Shown here piece after piece: positions 50,215-60,875 of a DNA stretch of 64,000 nt. The position numbers were made by a program, and so were the translations under genes. Positions within the stretch are counted from its first letter, which is position 1. Each line of letters opens with the position of its first letter. Source of the DNA: Neoechinorhynchus agilis (taxonomy: Eukaryota > Animalia > Acanthocephala); NCBI GenBank assembly GCA_051530055.1, contig CM121341.1:16346784-16410783 (forward strand), in the 5' to 3' direction. The notes beneath the pieces were generated by a model that had not been told where the DNA came from, ran no database searches, and was given only the letters and a program-made list of their open reading frames with translations.

Positions 50215-53200
50215 ATGGTTGATTTGATGAATGATGTAAATAATCTTCCTTACTCTGTGAATCGATTCGTTCCTCACGGTCGCCAATATGCCACCGAAAA
50301 TAACGATGACATTATTCCGGCCGATGAACGTTGGCGACTCGTAAGCTACGGTTCAAATGCGGGTTCCTCGATTAATTTTGAAGTGGATTTAAGATTGGCT
50401 TATCAAGACTTTGAAGAGCCGGAAGAGCTTGAGATTTACCATACAACACGAGCACTTACATAAGTTTGGTTTTATCATGATTTTATTTCTGAAAGTCCAT
50501 TTTAGCCAATTTTACGGGTAAAAAAATTGTTCATCTATGTGTTCTTTAGTGATGAGAAGAATAAATATTGATTTTTCTTTTGGTAGTTTTCCCCACCGTG
50601 AGGATTCAAAAATTCCTGGATTTATTTCCCCACCCCGATATTTCGTCGCAATAAATCTATGAATTTTTGAATCCTTAAGGTGGGGAAAACTACCAAGAGA
50701 AAGTATCTTCCCCCCTCGAAGATAAGATATTGATTTATTAATTAAAAAATATTTCGTCCGTTTCATCGGACTTCTTCAGGTTCTTTGCAGGTGTTTACGG
50801 CGTGAAGTTACGTTTTCATAGTAAACTGCGAAGGTATTTGTTGAACATCAGTTTGTTAGGATCAGACATCTCTTGGGAAAATATCCATTTTTCGTTGTTT
50901 ATCTTATCCTTATTTTGACGTACTTAATGAGTTTTCGTGCACTACAAATGAAATAGTAGTTTTCTCATCAGGTTACGATTATGACAGTCGCAGTCTTCTG
51001 TACAATCACAGTTTTGCCGATGGGCCAGTTCAGCAGGTTTTATTGATGGCTCGTGATTGTAGCAGTCTTGACATTCCACCTGATTTACGTAAATCCCAGC
51101 CTCGGAAAAAAAATCAGATCGTAACAATTCGACATAAGAATGAGCGGATAGAATTCTTTGACCTTGAAGACGGTGAAGTTTTCATAACTCGTGCTCCATT
51201 CACAATTGAACGTGCTTGGGCATTACCACGAGGCGGTCTTCTTCTTGAACCAACCGTTGATACTGATGACACAACTGCCTTCTACAGTCTATTCCATCCA
51301 ATGGCTCTATTTCATCCAGTGCTTCTTGATCGCTTAAACAATGAGATTAGACAAATATGCGACAAAAGTGTTCATATAATCAACGCAGTGCACGATGAAG
51401 AGTTTCTATTCGCCTTTGATGAGCACGAAAGGACACACTGTGTACTTATGATCGAACGCGTCAATGAACCTTCCTTCTCAGGTGTTCAATTCTTATCCGT
51501 CCTAAAGACTCAAGAAGGCGATGAAAACCGAGCGTTTGTCAAATCAGATGCACCTACAACTTGTTTTAAACAAGTTTGGAAAGATTCTCGTCAATGTTGT
51601 GATAAGGCTACAAAGGCGTTTCTTGTCTATGGCCCGGTAAATGCGTACTGTTCGATTGTATACTTTCTTGAATCGCGTAAACTTTTAAGATTCGTGGAAA
51701 TCCAAAAAACTTTAAGCGGTAATTTGACATCGACGAAAAGACAAGCGATTGAGAGAAGTGAAGTACTAGATGTTGCAGTTATTGCCGGGCTTAATGCTGT
51801 CGCAGTGCTTCTACAAGACAAAGATCAAGAGAAAGTTGACGTCTGTTGGACAAACAATCAGAGTTTATGGACTATAGACGTGAACGATATTTTTAACGGT
51901 ATCGTTGCTGGAAAAACAAATCTACAGAGCTCTGAAGGCTTATCCTTTTTCGCCACCAGACAGAACACTATAATGAGGGTCCGGATGTTACCAATTGCTA
52001 GAAACAATACCGTCATTCGGTGTCTCAATTCGATCATCTATACCCTTAACACAGATCACGCTTCGCTTTTTCTCAGTCATTTCTATTCTTGTTTGCCTAA
52101 AAGGCACTCCGATGACGAATTTAATTTTTTATTTAACTCGATATTCTTAGAATGTGATCCCTCGAACGATGAAACCATTGATCGTTCTGCCAAGGTAACC
52201 TATCCTACCGTAGGAAATGGCGACGATGACGAAAAGTATTGGACGTTCCTTCTCACCCATTGCAAAGCGAATATCCCCATGGAAAGCACGATGCTGTATG
52301 GTTCTTGTTATCACATATCTGAGTATTTAATCGTTCGAAATTTCCCCTTAAATTTTGCTAAACCGTTCCGTTTTCTTCGCCTGCCCAACCGTCCATTTTT
52401 CGGGCTCTGTGGTGCCCACATATATTATCAGTCACAAAAGTAATCCATAAATAATGCTTGAGTGTTTTTATTTCTCTGATTTTCGTTATTCCCAATCGTC
52501 TATCAGCGGATCATTCATTACCATTCAGATTTTTCTTCGGTCAAAATCCTTCCTTATCTTTTTTCTTATTTGATTCTTGTACTCATCCCTCTTGACGATG
52601 ACCAGAATCGTATAAAATGTTATTTCAAATCACCTTTCTTAAAAATATTTGACTGGATTTTTCGATTTTAATCAACAATGTCTCAGTTATCCATGGGAAT
52701 ATTTACTTCAAAGTGCATAATACATTTCGTCGCCGATTCCCAAAACTCAACGCCGTGCTTGGAGATAATAGTAGTCCATTCCAGCCACCTCCTTATGAAA
52801 TCAAACGGCGTAAAATAAATCCATTATTTGAAGGTCCAGAAATCTATGACGTGTTTCACTATTTTTGCCTCGTTGATCAAGATATTTCTCTCAATCGATT
52901 TCGTAGCCATGACCGACAGCGCCTTCTACCAATAATGCTGGCATTTTCAAAATATGTTCGAGTAAATTTTATGATTGATTATTACTCTGATCAGCAGATA
53001 TCGTCTTCGCATTCAGTACTACGATTGGAACGAACTCACCTAAAAACAAAGTTGGGACAAGATAAGAATTTTAAACGTAGAGAATACCGCCTTCTACCAT
53101 GGATTGCGGCTATCCTTACTGGGCATAGCCCTCTTGCTCAATTCACCTACGTACCAAATTTTCACAAGATGGTCGACCAATTTCTATGCATGATGGCGTG

Positions 53201-56200
53201 CTTGTACCCAAATCCCAGATTCTTGTCCTATCTCCAAGACGCAGGCCTTGATCTTAGATCGATTTTCGATCGACCAAGCGAAAAACAACCGATTACACTT
53301 CTGCGGTTAATCCGACCGGAATTCGCACTAGCAATATCCCCGATTCTCGCAGTTGGTGTCCATGAATCCCTCGCTTGGTTGTCGGAAACCATTGGACGAA
53401 ACCAAGGCGATGAGCTCATTAATCTCGATTGGATCCGTTTCTGTGGTCGACATGATGTCGCTCGTTTTTTATCGAAGGAAAAAGATGGAAACCTTGAGGA
53501 AGACACAGAAATAAACCTTCACACTCATGATATTTCGGAGCAGGCTGAAGGGATCGACGATTCTGATGACCTTGCATACCTAATGACTGGTTTCGCAGCT
53601 GATATATGGCCAAACGACCTTCGAATCAGGGAAGCACGGCGCCTTCTCGCAGTATTGACAAACGACACAATTAACTGTACAAGTGTTTTTATCGGACGTG
53701 GAATGTTCACCCTTTTTACCAAAGAAAGACGAATGTTTGATAAGATCACATTGACCGCTAGCCTTGGTGAAAAAGAATACAGGTGGGCTCGATTCCACCA
53801 AGGAGCCGCAGTTGCTCTTGCTATCGCTCCATCCGAATGCAGCGACTCTTATGTTCAACATGCGTTCTTTAGAACGAATTTCATGATTGATATGGAATCC
53901 AGGGGCGGTGGTGCCAATGTTAAGCTTGAAGAGATGACACCTGAGCGGTGCGGACTATTATTTGGATTCGGTTTAGCTGGCCTCCTCAGCAACATATCTC
54001 CTGCTGTTATTTATAATCTTCTTCTGGTGGCTAGTGGAGATATTCATTATGAAGCAGTCCCTCAGACCACTAATCAAATAAAAACTAAGAATGAACTTTG
54101 CACCGTTGGAATCCTTTTAGCATATGCCGCCTCACTACTGGATTCGGTTGTCTTTTAAATCCGAGGGGAGATAGAAATTCTGTACGATCGTTGATATTTT
54201 TAGATAAATACTCGATTTAAATGTAAAGTTAGGCACTTATTATCTGTTTAGAAGAGATGGAATGCCTCGTCATAAGCGTTTTAGTCGCTTAAGGTTACCA
54301 AAATACAAAAGTAAGGAAGTTCATGCTCTTTTGTGATTAAGTTGTAGACACTTTTTCCGTCATTTTTATATCTGTTTAGATAAATAGTTTGTTCGGATAT
54401 GATTTATGAAAGTTTTAACGTCGCTTATTGAATTTACCAGGCGCTGAATTTCTCGCCTAATAGATCAACTTAAATTTCATTCTTGTGTGGACAAACAAAA
54501 CTCATAAACAATGTCAGGTGGAAACGTTTTCTTCGTTACATTTTTACTTTAAGCAGAAAATAGTATTTTTATTATGTAAGTTATGTGATCTTGGAAATCA
54601 TGAAACGCATCGAAAGGAAGGGTTACGCGGAGAAATAGACAAAGCCATGGTTTTTGAATATTTCACGGCAACTCTAGACTCATGGCTGTGAGCCACTTAA
54701 TAGTCGATTTAAAAAGATTAGGCGCCCCGTTAGTGAAATTATGTAAAATAAACGGAAATAGCATTGTTTTTGTTAATAGGTTCAATAAAAACATGACAAT
54801 TTTTTGCCTTTTTGAAAAAGACAGTTGAATCTATCCACCACACTTGTAACCAACTCTGCCTTCGGACTCTGCTCGTTCATATTGGATCATGCGTAGAGGA
54901 AGCTGGAAACCTTCAACGTGGAATAGAACCCGTGTTTGAGGTAAATCCAATTTGTCAAATGGCTGCTCTATTGGGTCTTGGTCTTCTATACGCTGAATCA
55001 AACGATTCCCGTGCAGCAAACATTCTCTGCGACGAAATTGGCAACTGGCCTCTTCTTCAAACAGACAGCGGATACCAACTGATCGAAGGCCAGTGCGCTC
55101 ACTCATTTTCTGCTGCGATTGCTCTTGGATTCGTACATCTCGGTCAAGGATGGAACGCAAAGTCGAGTGTTATTCCACTTTTAAGAGATTACTGCAATCG
55201 TTGTCGGAATATTAGAGTCCCATTATGGTCCCTTGGGCATCAAATTAATATGGGAAAGCGATCAAATCGATCACTTCTGACAGGCCCAGCCGCTGCTATC
55301 GCTTTAGGCTTGATTTTCATGGGCACTGATGACCGAGAATTCGCAGAAGCTATGCTTGAGAAGTCTTCAAATAATCCTCGTCCTGATCATTACATGTTCA
55401 AAGCAATAGCTTATTGGTTGATCAAAATGAACACTCTTGAACCTACGTCGACGTGCTATAACGAATGTGTTGAATCTATTGAGACGTGTGTACCGTGCTA
55501 TGGAGAGATTGCTGTTGTGTTTGTGATTGGGATTCGATTTGCTGGAACGCGAAATTGGGACCTTGCTAAATTCTTGATTGGAAAGTGTACGGGCACTATT
55601 GATACAAGTGAGTCGGAAAAACTAAGCCTATCTTTAGTACTCTCTGCTTCTCTCATAATGGCTGGAACTGGTTGTCTACCGATTTTACGTTTAGTGCGAC
55701 ATTTATTAAGAATATACGCAAGACGGTATAGAGTTTGTTTCGTCCTTAATATGGCGCTAGGACTCATTATGCTTGGAGCAGGGAAACTAAGCTTTCGCCA
55801 AGATTTATTTGCAAAAGCTTGTTTGGTCGCAAGTATGCTTCCAATGTATCCTAGTGATGTTAAAGACAATCGGTTTTGCCCTCAGTTTATGCGTCATCTA
55901 TATGTCCTCGCTGTAGAGTCTCGTCTACTTCGATTTCGATCAATCGCTCCGGAATGTGACGGTGCAGAAAAGTCAGCTAATAAGTATTCTCCCTTATACT
56001 GCGACGTGGAAATTGACGTTAAAGGAAGAAATGAGCCAATTCGATGGGCACGTGTGAGGGCCTGTCATCTCCCTGTTCTCGAAGATATACGTCTTATTAA
56101 ACTTCAAAGTCCTCTTCATTGGACCGTTAATATAAGAATTCCGGATCAGCTTCAAGAGTTGAAACAATTGCTCGGAGCTCCTCCTGGTCACCTTGGTTCT

Positions 56201-56596
56201 TTGGGCTACTATACCCTAGAAAGGAGGGAGCTTCATCCAAATGGACCCCAAGTCCTTCATGGACAAACGGATTTGATACCAAGGACGGACAAAATTCCAT
56301 TGCCAGCGACAATCTCTTCGTTTCTGAATTTCGTTAAGGTAGATAATCCTAATAATTTGGATTGTGATCTGGTGACTCACATGAGATTCCTTTTCATCTA
56401 CGTGCGATCACGAAAGCGATCATTAGCTTTTGATTACGTCGATTTGATCAGATATGAACGTGCGTTTGAAGCAAACTTTAGGAATTATGTAAAGACAGCA
56501 ATGAATCAACCCGACCTGAAACGAAAAGCTGCTGCTTTGGAACGAGCGTTTTACATTGCGTATCCACTTTTGGTTCCTACGATAAACAGTGAGTGA
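50215..56596 (+). CDS. ANAPC1: Anaphase-promoting complex subunit 1, ~1600 aa; modelled exons 50215-50444, 50946-52311 (or -52300), 52691 (or 52714)-54138, 54837-56596
   Basis: RFVPHGR, EELEI, PVQQVLL, RAWALPRGGLLLE, ND.RIREARRLL, GRGMFTL, W..FHQGAA..L, G.LFGFGL.G.L, PC repeats (AALLGLGLLY, AAAIALGLIF), NMALGLIMLGAG, YP..VKDNRFCPQFMRHLYVLA. Confidence 0.93.
50573..50702. mobile_element. Fold-back element inside APC1 intron 1, ~52-bp arms
   Basis: TTGGTAGTTTTCCCCACC..AGGATTCAAAAATTC...GATTTATT mirrored by AATAAATC...GAATTTTTGAATCCT..GGTGGGGAAAACTACCAA. Confidence 0.9.
50750..50779 (-). ncRNA. Hammerhead-ribozyme-like core, copy 2
   Basis: Minus strand CTGAAGA-A-GTCCG-ATGAAA-CGGAC-GAAA-TATTT. 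Confidence 0.35.
52312..52690 (+). other. APC1 intron 2; non-canonical model TAT|CA...TAT| (a canonical alternative is 52301-52713)
   Basis: GTTATC direct repeat at both ends and CTGAG/CTCAG pairing; ambiguous. Confidence 0.35.
54139..54836 (+). other. Putative non-canonical intron, 698 nt, register uncertain (TAC|TG...TCC| or CTG|GA...AC|)
   Basis: 16-bp terminal RNA stem; removal restores the AAS(L)(L/H)xTCN spacing. Confidence 0.6.
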
Positions 56597-58063
56597 TCGG
56601 GTCTAATCAAAATTCAAAAAGACGCGCAAAGTTTCAAACGCATTTTCGGAAAGTACTCTTGACATGCAGACTTTTGATTTCAGGCTTACAGGATCCGAAC
56701 TTTGAAAATTCAAATTAGCCAGAACTATTGGTATCTTTTTTCTCTATATTATCTCACAAGTGTAAATACTTTTTACCGATTTGTTATTTATCCGAACGTT
56801 TACTTATGATTCGAGCATGATAAGCAATTGAATTCTCTGCCATGAAATATATTTTACTCTTTAAAAGAAAATCGTAAGAATAAAAAAGATCTTAAGGAAT
56901 CAAATGTATGTTTTTATTTCACTTTCGATCACGCGTTTCCTTGCATTAAAGCTTGCCGGTTGCTCAGCTTTTGTCCTACTCGATTGTAAGGATTTGTGCA
57001 GCAATTCCGATATTCATTGTATGAGCATTTTGGTTGGTCACTATTTATGGGTTTTTCGTACGAAATTATTTAAAACTTTGAACCAAATTCAGCCCGAAAA
57101 TGTGGCACTATATTCCATATTTGTACATTTTAATTACACTCATAGTAAAGTCAAAAATATGGGGAAAGTCGGATCGATTGGGTGCTCACGTTTTGATCGG
57201 AATTTCTGTAGCACTTCTATCACTTAACTTTCAACCTAAAGAATTAGTTTAATGCTCTTAATCTTAAACAAATATCCGCCTCTAAGAGTTAGATTTCAAA
57301 ATCCGTCGCTGTGAACACCTTCCTCATTTGAGCGCAGTTTAACATTTTTAATACCTACTATTATTTATCTGTCATTTCTTTAAGGATGAATTAAAGCGTT
57401 TAGAGATTTGTAAGGAGCAAAATTTTGAAATTTAGAAGTAAGAAATTAAATTCAAGTTTTTCACGTCGCCTCTATTCCCATTGAAATGTATACTGTTTTA
57501 TTAAAAGTAAAACTGTTAAACTTACCAAGATTTTCAATATCTACTACATTATGCAATGAGCAGCGGAGTTCTAGTTTTAACAATTGTTTTTTCGGGCACT
57601 GATGCTATCAAGCTGTCATGTAGGCATCACACAATGTTCGTTTAAGAGAAAAACCGCTATTTTAAATATTCCTACAGAAATTACAATCTCTTTTTTATTC
57701 GAAGAAAAGCACGTTTCCTTACGAGTAATACTCGCCGGGATTTTTCTTGAAAGACATAGCTAAGATTTGTAGTATTTGATTACTATTGCACATTGTGACA
57801 ATCGGAAATTCTACCTCACACAAATTAGCTGAAATCTAGGAGAAATTTAAAATCGTGATTTCAAAAAAAAGCTAAAGAGTGACTTATTTCGTAGTTGAAA
57901 TTTTATATTTTTTTTACTCAGATGAAAAATATACACTAGAAAATATTTCGAAAATTCAGGGGTTAAAAATTTCAACAATTCTTAATTCTAGTTTCTTTTA
58001 AGCTCTTCACCATCGGTAGTCTTGATAAAAATGTTAACGAGTAATGTTCTCCTTATTTTCTAG

Positions 58064-59082
58064 ATGAACACGGAGAATAAGTCGAATGAATGTTTTGTAT
58101 CGAGCACCGATATAGACAAATGGATTGAGCATGTGCAAAAACGAATCTCGTTTGCCTTTGAGAAAACGAGATTACCGTTTCTTTATATGAATGCCAACAT
58201 TTGCCGGAGCAATCCTTTCGAAAACTATGTTCTGTGACAAAGTCCATTTTGGTTGAAGAGCCAAACGTGATCCCAGTTTCTACTCCCGTAGTAGTTTGTG
58301 GAGATGTTCACGGTCAATTTTATGACCTTCGGGAACTGTTTGAGACAGGAGGTAAGATGCCAGAAACTAATTACATATTCCTTGGCGATTTTGTGGATCG
58401 GGGTTATTATTCAGTTGAAACATTTACTTTACTCTTATGTCTGAAAGCTCGATGGCCTGATAAGATTACCCTTTTAAGAGGCAATCATGAGTCTCGACAA
58501 GTGACAAGTGTTTACGGATTCTATGATGAGTGTCTTACTAAATATGGAAATGGAGCTGTCTGGAAATTATGCTGTCAAATATTTGACAACCTCGCATTAG
58601 CTGCGATCGTTGATAACACGATCATTTGCCTGCACGGAGGATTGTCTCCATCTGTTGCCTCCATCGATGACATAGCTGAGATTGACCGACACTGTGAAAT
58701 TCCCCATCAAGGCCCATTTTGCGATATTGTGTGGTCAGATCCTGAGGATATAAAAACATGGAAGGTTTCCGGACGAGGAGCCGGCTGGTTATTCGGTATA
58801 GAACCGGTGAAAATGTTTCTTGAACTCAACTCACTCAATCTGATCTGCAGAGCGCATCAGCTGGCACAGGATGGGTACAAATATATGTTCGATGAACGTC
58901 TTATAACTGTATGGTCAGCGCCAAATTATTGCTATCGGTGTGGAAATATCGCTAGTGTCCTTAAACTCAGTACTAATGGCGAACGGGTCATAAAAACGTT
59001 TGCGGCAGTTCCAGACGATAAGAGAAAAGTACCGGATAACAACAACACTTTTGCAAGAATCGCTAATCCTTTTTTCATTTAA
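58064..59082 (+). CDS. PPP6C: Ser/Thr protein phosphatase 6 catalytic subunit; exons 58064-58138 and 58189-59082 (322 aa)
   Basis: [74 protein letters not shown] are closest to PP6/Sit4. Confidence 0.9.
58139..58188 (+). other. Putative non-canonical intron, 50 nt, CAA|AA...TAT|
   Basis: Frame-shifting insert that is almost entirely a hairpin; removal gives [16 protein letters not shown]. Confidence 0.75.
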
Positions 59083-59250
59083 ACGATCCTTGTGATTGCA
59101 TGAGAGAATGGGAGCTAGCTTTTTCGTGAAGTTGAAGTATACAATTTCCACAAACTATTACTTTCTTTTTAGACGATTACTATACGCTTAGAATTAACGC
59201 AAACAAAGTTTGATCAGAAAACTTACAAGCAATGACTGATGAAGCGAGGT

Positions 59251-59467
59251 TACCTCATGAAAAATTTCAAATGAATCAAATATGTTATGACCGGGATTAT
59301 GCTCACCAAAATTATACCCTGAAGTATTTTCCATCTATGATTAATAGCAGAGAGTAGAATCACTAACGAAAAGATATTGGCGTATTCTGATCGAAGATTT
59401 TGTGTTAGTATCTTTTCCTTGTCATAGCCAACGCTCAATTTTCCTTTGTTTTTACCTAAACTTTCTA
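59251..59467 (-). CDS. Possible internal exon of an unidentified small membrane-protein gene convergent with PP6
   Basis: Open frame bounded by TTTTACTTTTATAG and AG|GTAACC, with two hydrophobic stretches; no family recognised. Confidence 0.3.
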
Positions 59468-60875
59468 CTATAAAAGTAAAAATAGCGCACGCAAACGATT
59501 ATTAATCAATTTTAATGTGTGGAAATTTAAATCTTTATCTCGATAATGTCACGAAAGTGACAGTTATGAGTAAATATTTACATGACGTTCTCGTGATTGA
59601 TATTAACGAACATTATACCCAATGGAAAAGAAATACGGCGATCAAAGATTATCAAAACGTAACATATTTTTAAATTGCACAAAAAATGAACCGTGGAAAG
59701 TGTAATTGATGGTCATAAAAAAGCGGATGAGTTTTCTTTTAAATTCTTAAGCTTCCTCAATTATTTAACTATAAATTGGAAAACGCGCTCATCGGAGATC
59801 TATTTCTTTTTCTGTTCGAGCAAAGATGATAAGTAACTGAGGCACAATCGACAGGAAAAACATCAAGGTTGCTATCTTAAGAAACTTGATTGAGTCTTAC
59901 ATTTGAACCGCGTGCACGTACTTCATCTTTGGCAAGTTGACAAGTCAGCTGAGGCAGATTTTTATCCAAGGGAAGTTTGAGACGTGTCTCACGGTCAATT
60001 ATTCGTGTACATGGGAAATAGTATTTCGTTTAAATGATCACTAGGGTCACAGGACGTCTAATGAAATCAAAACCGAAATCTAAATACTGTGCGACGTGAA
60101 TTTTAAACTTTTACTGATTGTTAAAAACGAAAGACGGTTTTTACTATTAACTAGTTGAGAAAATAAAGTAGCTAGGTTTGACTTCCCGTTTTTAATTTTT
60201 AGGGGTCACAAATAAAAAGATTTCTGGTATTTACAAAAAATTAAAGATCAATTGAAGATTTATTTAAACAATCCATTTTATGTATATAAGATCCGATGAT
60301 ATGTACCACTATCAAGGAATGCAATCAAAATTTTTTATGAGAACTTAAAGCACCTTTAATTCTCCGATGTGTTTATGTAATTTCTAGACTGCTTTACTTT
60401 AAAGAACCATAAAAATCAAAACATTTAAACCGAAAGCTATCGTCACCATGACGACATTTCTTGACTTTGATTACCTTGAATGTCTACTTAATTGATATGA
60501 TTGATGAAAAACAAGTTCGTTTTATTACGTGCACCTTCAAAACCATCGATTCATTGTGGTTTATTTTAACATTTTGGATTTTGACATTGATTCTATTAAT
60601 ATTGTGTTTATTATTATGCTACGTTCATGAAAAAAGGGCGGACGAATTACGAGACGAAGTTAGGGATTTGTTTTGGAATAGAGATTGTGTATGTTTTAAG
60701 CGTATGATTGAACATGATTTTATTTATTATATGTTTTCTTTTCTGAAACGCATTGTACAAAACCCTCATTCAGCTCAATCAAGATTATGGGCAAATATTA
60801 TTTGCAAATTTAAAGGATCGATCGCACCACACTTAATCTTACACATTCACTACGCCCATACACACAGTCCTCCCA

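Larger units (their letters stand above)
50445..50945 (+). other. Putative non-canonical intron, 501 nt, TAC|AA...TAC|
   Basis: Joins EELEIYHT to NEIVVFSSG; the ends pair. Confidence 0.65.

Noticed and set aside
56904-57227. 107-aa ORF between APC1 and PP6
   Set aside because: No homology or motif; composition resembles non-coding DNA.
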